Assembly (NCBI GenBank): GCA_046706305.1
Contig: JBJKPQ010000071.1
Span: 2,211 to 66,210, forward strand
DNA: 64,000 nucleotides
Reading direction: 5' to 3'
DNA from: Bacteroidales bacterium
Lineage (GTDB): Bacteria; Bacteroidota; Bacteroidia; Bacteroidales; VadinHA17
Numbering within the stretch: position 1 is the first letter of the stretch; every line of letters begins with the position of its first letter. The notes below the pieces were generated by a model. That model saw nothing but the letters and a program-made list of their open reading frames with translations, was not told the origin of the DNA and made no database searches. The position numbers were made by a program, and so were the translations under genes. Of this stretch, positions 57,156 through 64,000 are shown in pieces.

Positions 57156-58778
57156 ATGAAAAAATCAGAAACAACACTGGCATTAGAGGCTGCCGGTGCC
57201 AATGAATGGAGATTTGGTAAAAGTGTTCATCTGTTTTTACTTCCAGCCTTTATAATTTTATTATCATTTACGGGGTGTACCTCCCAGAAACCAAAGCAGG
57301 AAAAGCAGAATCCCAGGCTGGTTATAACATGCGACCCTGAACTGGACGATAATAACACCCTTATACGTCTTCTCCTTTACAGTACTGATTTCAATATCGA
57401 AGGACTTATTTACGCAAGCAGCCAGTATCACTGGAAAGGAGATGGAAAGGGTACAAAGAAGTTTGTTCCCGGCAGGGAATATACTCGTTTTGGACTGCAT
57501 ATGGGACCAATGGAATCGTGGCGCTGGGCTAAAGATGAGCATTTTATAGATGATGCAGTAAATGCATATGCTAAAACTTATTCAAATTTAAAGGTCCATA
57601 ATCCTGACTACCCAAATCCAGAATACCTAAAATCAAAAATCAGGTATGGTAATATTGAATTTGATGGTGATATTTCAAAGGACTCCCCGGGATCGGACCT
57701 GATAAGATCTTTGATGCTTGATAATATTCCAGGTCCCCTTTTCATTTCAGCCCAGGGAGGAGCAAGTACGATTGCCAGGGCATTGAAATCAATTCAGGAG
57801 AAATATGAAAACACTGCAGAATGGGATAATCTGAAAAAAAAGATTTCTGCGAAAGTGATTTTATTGCTTTCCGGCGATCAGGATGACACTTATAAAAATT
57901 ACATTAAACCAAACTGGCCCGATATTGGTAACTGGGAGCTCAGAGGCGGAGTTATGGGACTTGCTTATAATGCACAGGCTAATACAAACAAAGATGATGC
58001 TGTTTTTTACACTCCCGGATGGATGGAAAGGAATATTACGGATCAGGGACCATTGGGTGATATCTATCGTGTATGGGGCGACGGAAAACAAATGGTACGG
58101 GGAGATATCTTCGACTATTTTGGCCTTTCCGGCTATTCTGAAAAAGAGCTTAGAAGAATGGGATATATTGTCTGGGCACCGGTTCGTGAAAAGGGATCCT
58201 TTCTGGGAGAAGGGGATACGCATATTTATCTTAACTTGATTGACAACGGATTACGTGCAGACGAAGATGTGACATACGGTGGATGGGGGGGTCGTAAGGC
58301 ACTGAATACCGAAGGAACCAAAGCCTCAGGTCAGCAGATTGATTCCACAATGTCCATTGAGGAAATAATGAGGCTGATGAGTAAGCCTGATACTATCTTT
58401 CCTGATTTTTTCCCTGCCTTGCAGAACGGCCTTGCAGCACGTTTTATATGGTCCGTAACACCCTTGTATGAAGATGCAAACCATGAGCCGTTGATAAATG
58501 GTCCCTTAAGCGTTTCTGCAAGACCCGGCGAAAAGGTACAATTCAAAACAGAAGTTACCGATCCGGATGGCAACGATCTTACTATTAAATGGTGGCAGTT
58601 TATGGTAGGTAGTTATAAAGGGAAAGTCATCATAGTTGATCCGTCATCAACATCTCCAACGATAGTGGTTCCGCAGGATGCAAAGCCTGGTGATACAATT
58701 CATCTGGTACTCGAGGCGATTGATAACGGTAAACCTCCGCTGACAAGGTATCACAGGGTCATTATTACAGTTTTGTAA
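57156..58778 (+). CDS. DUF1593-family lipoprotein (nucleoside-hydrolase-like N-domain plus Ig-like C-domain, Sde_0182-like)
   Basis: 540 aa with a lipobox (LLSFTGC). N-domain: RLVITCDPELDDNNTLIRLLLYSTDFNIEGLIYASSQYHW. C-terminal: NHEPLINGPLSVSARPGEKVQFKTEVTDPDGNDLTIKWWQF. The family call is made from memory of the domain consensus. Confidence 0.65.
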   Translation: MKKSETTLALEAAGANEWRFGKSVHLFLLPAFIILLSFTGCTSQKPKQEKQNPRLVITCDPELDDNNTLIRLLLYSTDFNIEGLIYASSQYHWKGDGKGTKKFVPGREYTRFGLHMGPMESWRWAKDEHFIDDAVNAYAKTYSNLKVHNPDYPNPEYLKSKIRYGNIEFDGDISKDSPGSDLIRSLMLDNIPGPLFISAQGGASTIARALKSIQEKYENTAEWDNLKKKISAKVILLLSGDQDDTYKNYIKPNWPDIGNWELRGGVMGLAYNAQANTNKDDAVFYTPGWMERNITDQGPLGDIYRVWGDGKQMVRGDIFDYFGLSGYSEKELRRMGYIVWAPVREKGSFLGEGDTHIYLNLIDNGLRADEDVTYGGWGGRKALNTEGTKASGQQIDSTMSIEEIMRLMSKPDTIFPDFFPALQNGLAARFIWSVTPLYEDANHEPLINGPLSVSARPGEKVQFKTEVTDPDGNDLTIKWWQFMVGSYKGKVIIVDPSSTSPTIVVPQDAKPGDTIHLVLEAIDNGKPPLTRYHRVIITVL

Positions 58779-59064
58779 ATTTATTCTTTTTCCTTTTTAT
58801 CCTGTAAAATCACCCTGAAACCATGACTTTCACTATTGTTTGAAATATATTTTTCAGGCATGGCAGTTTTGTTGCCGTCCCTCTCTGCCCTGTGAGCCTG
58901 TAATTTTTATATCCGCTGAAATATACAAATCTTTAAATCAAATAATTGATTCGGTATTTCCATGATGGCAGATATTCGATTAAAAAAATTGCCCGATAAA
59001 CTATAGCAATAAACAGGAATTTAGTTACATTAGAGGTTCATAGGGATAACTAAACACCCAGCTT

Positions 59065-59883
59065 ATGAAGAACATTTTCAAGGACAAAGTCGTTATTGTC
59101 ACCGGAGCATCATATGGAATTGGAGAAGCGATTGCCCGTGAATTTGCAAAAAAGGGGAGCAAGGTCGTCCTTGCAGCCAGGACAGAAGGAAGACTTGCAG
59201 ATATCGTTAAAGAGTTTAAGAAGAAGGATTACGATGCTATTTATGTAAAGACAGATGTATCTGTTGAAGCGGATTGCCGTAACCTTGTTGAAAAAACCAT
59301 TGAGAAATATGGCAGGATAAATATACTTGTTAATAATGCAGGTGTTTCGATGCGTGCAGCTTTCATCGATGTAGATCTGAAGGTCCTTCACCGGCTTATG
59401 GATGTCAATTTCTGGGGGACAGTATATTGTACTAAATATGCTCTGCCTTATATACTTGAACAGAGAGGCTCCATTGTTGGCATATCTTCTGTTGCTGGTT
59501 TCCACGGTCTCCCGGGCCGTACCGGTTATTCGGCATCCAAGTTTGCAATTCATGGTTTTCTAGAGACAATCAGGATAGAAAACCTGAAAAAAGGGCTTCA
59601 TGTAATGATAATTGCACCGGGTTTTACAACAACCGAAATAAGGAAACGCGCTCTGAATGCAAATGGAGAAGAACAGGGAGAATCACCTCTTAATGAAAGA
59701 AAATTAACCTCTCCCGAATTTGTCGCAGGATGGGTACTGAAAGGAATACGGAAAAAGAAAAGAAACAAGCTCATTACACTGGACGGGAAACTTACAGCCC
59801 TTTTCCAGAGGATAATCCCCGATTATGTCGACTGGGCTTATTATAAAGTAATGTCGAGAGAGCCCGAGTCCCCTCTTGAATAA
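59065..59883 (+). CDS. Short-chain dehydrogenase/reductase (SDR) family oxidoreductase
   Basis: 272 aa (TGASYGIGEAIA, NNAG, and the catalytic S...YSASK). Confidence 0.88.
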   Translation: MKNIFKDKVVIVTGASYGIGEAIAREFAKKGSKVVLAARTEGRLADIVKEFKKKDYDAIYVKTDVSVEADCRNLVEKTIEKYGRINILVNNAGVSMRAAFIDVDLKVLHRLMDVNFWGTVYCTKYALPYILEQRGSIVGISSVAGFHGLPGRTGYSASKFAIHGFLETIRIENLKKGLHVMIIAPGFTTTEIRKRALNANGEEQGESPLNERKLTSPEFVAGWVLKGIRKKKRNKLITLDGKLTALFQRIIPDYVDWAYYKVMSREPESPLE

Positions 59884-60024
59884 TTTAAAAATATCTATAA
59901 CTTAATACATTGTAAATAAATGCTATAGCCATATTTATTTAATTGATTGGATTTTTTTGTAATGAAATGATGGCTTTATCGTCATGCTATTGAAAACAAT
60001 TTTAATCAATTAAAAAATTTAGCT

Positions 60025-60528
60025 ATGAAAAAGATTTTACTCTTCGCAATCCTGCTTGTATCAGGAACAATTGTTTCAGGACAACAATCTATTGATGCAT
60101 TGTTTGACAGGTATGGAGGAAAAGACGGCTTTACAACTGTTACAATAAATGGTAACCTTCTGAAACTGGCCAGGAGTTTTGATGATGATAAGGATTCTGA
60201 TGCAGCATTACCGGAAAACATCACTACAGTAAGAATACTTGCCCAGGATGATGAAAGTCTCAGGGTAGATAATTTTTACGACCTGGTAATGAAAGATATT
60301 GACCTGAAAGACTATGAGGAATTCATGCGGGTTAAGGATTCTGAGAATAATATAAGAATGCTTGTAAAGGTAGAAGGTAACAGGTTTAAGGAATTTCTTC
60401 TCATTGTCGGTGGGGAAGACAATGCCCTTATACAGATCAAAGGAGACATGAGCCTAAAGGAAGCTAAGAAGTTTTCAGAAGATGCAAAAAGAAAACACGG
60501 GTCTGACATTGTCTCAGTTGGTCAGTAA
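60025..60528 (+). CDS. DUF4252 domain-containing secreted protein
   Basis: 167 aa with a signal peptide and the typical DUF4252 N-region (IDALFDRYGGKDGFTTVTING.LLKLA). It is a paralogue of 61681..62214. Confidence 0.7.
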   Translation: MKKILLFAILLVSGTIVSGQQSIDALFDRYGGKDGFTTVTINGNLLKLARSFDDDKDSDAALPENITTVRILAQDDESLRVDNFYDLVMKDIDLKDYEEFMRVKDSENNIRMLVKVEGNRFKEFLLIVGGEDNALIQIKGDMSLKEAKKFSEDAKRKHGSDIVSVGQ

Positions 60529-60585
60529 TTATTTATCCTGTTAATAATTATCTTTAACTTCACGGAAATAATTGCTTAGAGTCAG

Positions 60586-61128
60586 ATGACCCGCGACCGG
60601 TTTGACGATATTATCCGGCAGCTTTACCGCAGGCTGTTTATAATTGCCTTCCGCATCCTCCGGATTAAGGAGGAGGCGGAAGATGCTGTACAGGAGGTAT
60701 TTTTAAAGCTATGGAAAATGAGGGATACTCTTGATAAATATGACAGTCTGGATGCCCTGGCAACAACAATGACAAAGAATTTCTGCATTGACCGCCTGAG
60801 GAAGAAACGACCGGATATGACTGATGACCTGGGCAATTTTGGTGATTCGGACCATGCATTTATATCACCACATGAACAGTTGGAAAACAAGGAATCTAAT
60901 GATATTATTCATGGCATTGTCAAGAAATTGCCACTGCATTTCAGGACGGTTGTAATGCTCAGGGATATAAAAGGCTTCTCCTATGAAGAGATTGCTGTTC
61001 AGACAGGACTTAATATTAATACGCTGCGTGTTAATCTTTCACGGGCCAGGAGTATTATCAGGGATGAATATAACAAGTATAACAATGAAAAAAGAGGAAT
61101 TGGACAAACTTCTCGCAAAGTATTATAA
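60586..61128 (+). CDS. ECF-type RNA polymerase sigma-70 family factor
   Basis: 180 aa with region 2 (EDAVQEVFLKLW, FCIDRLRK) and region 4 (LPLHFRTVVMLRDIKGFSYEEIAVQTGLNINTLRVNLSRAR). Confidence 0.88.
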   Translation: MTRDRFDDIIRQLYRRLFIIAFRILRIKEEAEDAVQEVFLKLWKMRDTLDKYDSLDALATTMTKNFCIDRLRKKRPDMTDDLGNFGDSDHAFISPHEQLENKESNDIIHGIVKKLPLHFRTVVMLRDIKGFSYEEIAVQTGLNINTLRVNLSRARSIIRDEYNKYNNEKRGIGQTSRKVL

Positions 61129-61684
61129 TGGCGAGAGCACTGAAGCAGAAGAGGATTTACTCAGGGCTTTTTTTACTACGGGCGATGTTCCTCCGGGTTA
61201 TGAGACAGAGACGGATATCTTCCGCTTTTATAATAATGCTCCTGATGTGCCGGAACCTTCTGTGGATTTTGAGAAAAGAATTATGGAAGGTATCGACAGG
61301 GTTGAAGGTGAAGAAAGAAATGTACCCTACAGGAGACAGATTATAGCGTTTCTTAGTGCTGCAGCTGCATTGGTACTGATTGTTGTTTCATTTTTGCTAT
61401 TGAACAGAAGTGTGGAACCCCGCGATACTTATACCGATCCGAAAATTGCTTATGCCGAGACTATGAAAATACTGATGAGCGTATCAACACAGCTTAACAA
61501 TGGTGTTGAAGCACTTGAACCTGTAAGCAGAATTAATGAGGTTGCACAAAAAAGTTTCGAACCCCTGGAATCTTTGAATAAAACATCCAGAATAGTGGAT
61601 AAAAACCTTAGATCTCTTGATTATCTTGACAGGGCTATTGAATTTACCAATACGACAGATCTGAAAAGAATAAATAAAAAATGA
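61085..61684 (+). CDS. Putative anti-sigma factor (single-pass membrane protein)
   Basis: 199 aa from ATG 61085 (MKKEELDKLLAKYYNGESTEAEEDLLRAFF), with a central TM helix (IIAFLSAAAALVLIVVSFLLL). It overlaps the sigma gene 3' end by 44 nt. The ORF-track start at 60983 is an extension. Confidence 0.6.
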   Translation: MKKEELDKLLAKYYNGESTEAEEDLLRAFFTTGDVPPGYETETDIFRFYNNAPDVPEPSVDFEKRIMEGIDRVEGEERNVPYRRQIIAFLSAAAALVLIVVSFLLLNRSVEPRDTYTDPKIAYAETMKILMSVSTQLNNGVEALEPVSRINEVAQKSFEPLESLNKTSRIVDKNLRSLDYLDRAIEFTNTTDLKRINKK

Positions 61685-62214
61685 TCAATGATATGAAAAA
61701 GTTAATTCTGTTTTTCACTGTAATGTGCCTGGCAATGAATGTTATGGCACAATCAAATCCTGTTGATGAAATGTTCGACAAATATTCGGAAAGAGACGGA
61801 TTTACCGTTGTTACAATTTCAAGCAGGATGTTTTCCATGTTTTCCGACCTGGATTCTGATAATAAAGATGCTGATGACCTCATTCACAGACTTAAATCAA
61901 TTCGTATTCTCTCTGTCGATGATTCCCTCCTTAACAGGAATCTTAACTTCTACAATGAGTTGAGTAAAAAACTCAATATGTCAGACTATGAAGAACTTAT
62001 GCTGGTAAAGGAAGGCAAGGATATTACAAAATTTCTTATCAAGCAAAAGGGCAAGGTCATAACTGAGTTACTTGTAATTTCAGGCGGTCCGGGCGGCAAC
62101 TCTCTCATATCCATCAAAGGGGATTTTGATCTGAAGAATATATCTGAATTATCTAAAAGCACTGGAATTAAGGAACTTGAGGGACTTGAAAATGTAGATA
62201 AGAAGATCCCCTGA
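61681..62214 (+). CDS. DUF4252 domain-containing secreted protein (second copy)
   Basis: 177 aa (VDEMFDKYSERDGFTVVTISSRMFSMF). The start overlaps the upstream stop (ATGA). An alternative start is at MKKLILFF, 4 codons in. Confidence 0.7.
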   Translation: MINDMKKLILFFTVMCLAMNVMAQSNPVDEMFDKYSERDGFTVVTISSRMFSMFSDLDSDNKDADDLIHRLKSIRILSVDDSLLNRNLNFYNELSKKLNMSDYEELMLVKEGKDITKFLIKQKGKVITELLVISGGPGGNSLISIKGDFDLKNISELSKSTGIKELEGLENVDKKIP

Positions 62215-62363
62215 TAAAAAAATCAAATTTCTTAAGATCGTGAAGCAACCATATTAGCCCGGAAACAGTTATAAGAATAGCATAACAGCGTTTACTGATG
62301 TGAAACTTATACTCATTTTTCTATATTTGTGTATGTTATACTTATGAACTAAAACTAACCGCG

Positions 62364-63434
62364 ATGAACAAAAGATTTGCAAAACGTACCAGGATACTTA
62401 TATGTGCTTTATGTGTGCTTTCATCCACAGCCTACTCACAGTTTGATAATGTGGATTTCCTGAGGGCCGGTGCAACTGACGGGCTGACATATGTTAAAGC
62501 TTATATTTCACCATGGACCAATGCTTTTGGTGCCGGATTAAGCGGCGGATGGTATAACTCCGCCAAACCTCATAAACTGGGAGGTTTTGATATAACTGCA
62601 GGAATAAATGCAGGTTTTGTACCTTCTTCAGCCACTACATTTGATGTTTCAAAAATAGGACTGACAACTCTTACCGGTACCGGTACAGCATCAACTGTTG
62701 CGGGTCCCGACGTTGAAGGTCCTGCTCTTACAGCTTCCGCCGGAGGAATTACCCTGGCTTCTTTTAAAACACCTCCCGGAACAAACTGGAAGATAATACC
62801 GGTACCAACCCTTCAGGCAGGAATCGGTCTGCCATTAGGTACCGAGCTTAAAATTAGGTATCTGCCTAAAGTAAGTATTCGGGATGGTGATGTTTCATTA
62901 TGGGGCGTGGGACTGATGCACAGCATACTTCAGTATTTTCCCGGAAACAAGGTTCTTCCGTTTGATGTATCTTTATTCGGCGGTTATACAAAGCTTACAG
63001 GGAATGTTCCTCTCGATCTTCAGCCTGAGACAGGAGCACCTCTGAATTATTCACAATATAACCCGGCTACTTCATTCAAAAATCAGAATATGCAGGCTGT
63101 TGTGTCAGCCATGAATGTAGGCGTCATAGCATCTTTAAATATTCCTGTTCTTACTGTTTATGGTGGATTGGGATATGCAAAGACCAGTACGGAAGTGAAA
63201 CTTACCGGGAACTATCCTTTACCTACGGTCAACCCGGCCATATCAACAACACAGGCAGTATATGAGGATGCAGGGGTAATGAATGGATTCAGTGCCCTGA
63301 AGATTAAAGATTTCTCCGGACTGCGTGCCAATATTGGTATAAGGATTAAACTCGCAGTAATCACTATCCATGCAGATTATACAAGAGCAAATTATAATAT
63401 AGTATCGACAGGTTTGGGCGTCTCATTCAGGTAG
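62364..63434 (+). CDS. Hypothetical outer-membrane beta-barrel-like protein
   Basis: 356 aa with a signal peptide (..SSTAYSQ). It is Gly/Thr/Ala-rich with alternating beta-strand patterns and a C-terminal ...GLGVSFR. A TATATTTG -7 motif lies at 62322-62329. Confidence 0.55.
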   Translation: MNKRFAKRTRILICALCVLSSTAYSQFDNVDFLRAGATDGLTYVKAYISPWTNAFGAGLSGGWYNSAKPHKLGGFDITAGINAGFVPSSATTFDVSKIGLTTLTGTGTASTVAGPDVEGPALTASAGGITLASFKTPPGTNWKIIPVPTLQAGIGLPLGTELKIRYLPKVSIRDGDVSLWGVGLMHSILQYFPGNKVLPFDVSLFGGYTKLTGNVPLDLQPETGAPLNYSQYNPATSFKNQNMQAVVSAMNVGVIASLNIPVLTVYGGLGYAKTSTEVKLTGNYPLPTVNPAISTTQAVYEDAGVMNGFSALKIKDFSGLRANIGIRIKLAVITIHADYTRANYNIVSTGLGVSFR

Positions 63435-63455
63435 ATAAGGAAATAATTAATTCAA

Positions 63456-63493
63456 ATCCCCGGTATTTGCTGAGAACCCGGGGATTTTTTTTT
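63456..63493 (+). terminator. Rho-independent terminator after the OMP-like gene
   Basis: ATCCCCGG (63456-63463) pairs with CCGGGGAT (63478-63485), followed by T9. Confidence 0.75.
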
Positions 63494-63547
63494 ACAACTG
63501 ATCTGTAGAATAGGTATCTTTGAGAAGCGTAAAAGGACTGAAGTCTG

Positions 63548-64000
63548 ATGGACTCATTATCAAAAAGAATACAATCGGGCTATCGTGCGTTATTACGGGC
63601 TGCCAAAGGCAGCGTGCAACCGGAAGATAACCGAAGGATAAGAAGAGCGCTTGAACTGGCTGCTGAAGCCTGTAACGGGAGATCTATCTTCACCGGCGAA
63701 CCTGAGATAATTCATGCTCTTTCCGTTGCCCGTATAGTAGCCGGGGAAATGGGACTGGGTCTTACAGCTATCATTACAGCCCTGCTGCATGATTCCTATG
63801 ATAATCTCAGTATCACTGCCGCTGATATTGAAAAGGAATTCGGCATAAAGGTTGTCGAAATACTGAAAGGTTTTTCACGTATATCAAATATATATTCGGT
63901 ACAGTCGTCTTACCAGGCTGAGAATTTCCGGAAGCTTCTACTGAGTCTGGCAGATGATGTCCGCGTCATACTTATCAAACTTGTTGAGCGGCTGGAATAT
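63548..64000 (+). CDS. RelA/SpoT-family (p)ppGpp synthetase/hydrolase (N-terminal HD domain; gene continues past the right edge)
   Basis: Manual translation from ATG 63548 gives MDSLSKRIQSGYRALLRAAKG...GEPEIIHALSVARIVAGEMGLGLTAIITALLHDS...DDVRVILIKLVERLEY. These are typical HD-domain motifs of RelA/SpoT homologues. The frame is open to base 64000. Confidence 0.85.
   Translation, partial: MDSLSKRIQSGYRALLRAAKGSVQPEDNRRIRRALELAAEACNGRSIFTGEPEIIHALSVARIVAGEMGLGLTAIITALLHDSYDNLSITAADIEKEFGIKVVEILKGFSRISNIYSVQSSYQAENFRKLLLSLADDVRVILIKLVERLEY

Noticed and set aside
56739-57205. Three overlapping ORFs (70, 64 and 101 aa) over the tRNA-Lys region
   Set aside because: They are read through a tRNA gene, its terminators and the duplicated tRNA fragments. 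The repeated peptide segments (GSNPSWITEQPKGCFF) simply mirror the DNA repeats.
56802-63547. Intact integrative element or prophage inserted at tRNA-Lys
   Set aside because: There are no integrase, excisionase, mobilisation or phage genes between the tRNA and relA/spoT. I could not see a distal copy of the 48-nt att-like unit in the intergenic regions further right. Only the local scars are reported.

Overview
This window looks like a chromosomal segment of a Bacteroidota anaerobe. The evidence is a PorP/SprF type IX secretion gene, TAnnTTTG -7 promoter motifs in front of many genes, an 11-gene nuo operon without nuoEFG, a PstS-like/TPR/exbB/exbD/exbD/tonB cluster, and DUF4252/ECF-sigma modules. 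The content is overwhelmingly core and housekeeping. Left to right: a partial PorP/SprF gene; argS, ffh, folD; a PD40/TolB-like lipoprotein split by one in-frame TAA; a TPR protein; a ComA-family phosphosulfolactate synthase; aroE; a small unknown gene; nuoABCDHIJKLMN (minus strand); truA; an SSF transporter plus a tiny membrane ORF; threonine aldolase; the TonB energising cluster; queA; RNase P RNA; a LolA-like protein; kdsA; rarA; ggt; an unknown membrane-anchored protein; a YdiJ-like FAD/Fe-S dehydrogenase; a same-strand pta / hbd-like / ackA / ptb / ptb / buk block; an SDR; proC; slyD with a Cys-rich tail; a DAACS transporter; a ~630-nt AT-rich spacer carrying repeated palindromic 13-mers in front of an XRE-type HTH gene; pyrK-pyrD; an Lrp/AsnC regulator; tRNA-Lys(UUU) followed by two extra copies of its 3' half plus terminator; a DUF1593 lipoprotein; an SDR; a DUF4252/ECF sigma/anti-sigma/DUF4252/OMP module; and the start of a relA/spoT-family gene. 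I saw no CRISPR array, transposase, integrase, toxin-antitoxin pair or recognisable defence gene. I did not find a convincing multi-gene undescribed system. The most unusual items are sequence-level: (1) three different simple-sequence repeats in the argS-ffh spacer; (2) the triplicated tRNA-Lys 3' half with terminator; (3) the 13-mer palindrome array upstream of the HTH gene; (4) the fused acetate/butyrate acyl-phosphate cluster with a divergent hbd-like gene; and (5) the uncharacterised DUF4252/ECF module. All functional calls rest on motif recognition by eye in the supplied translations. No database search was run.
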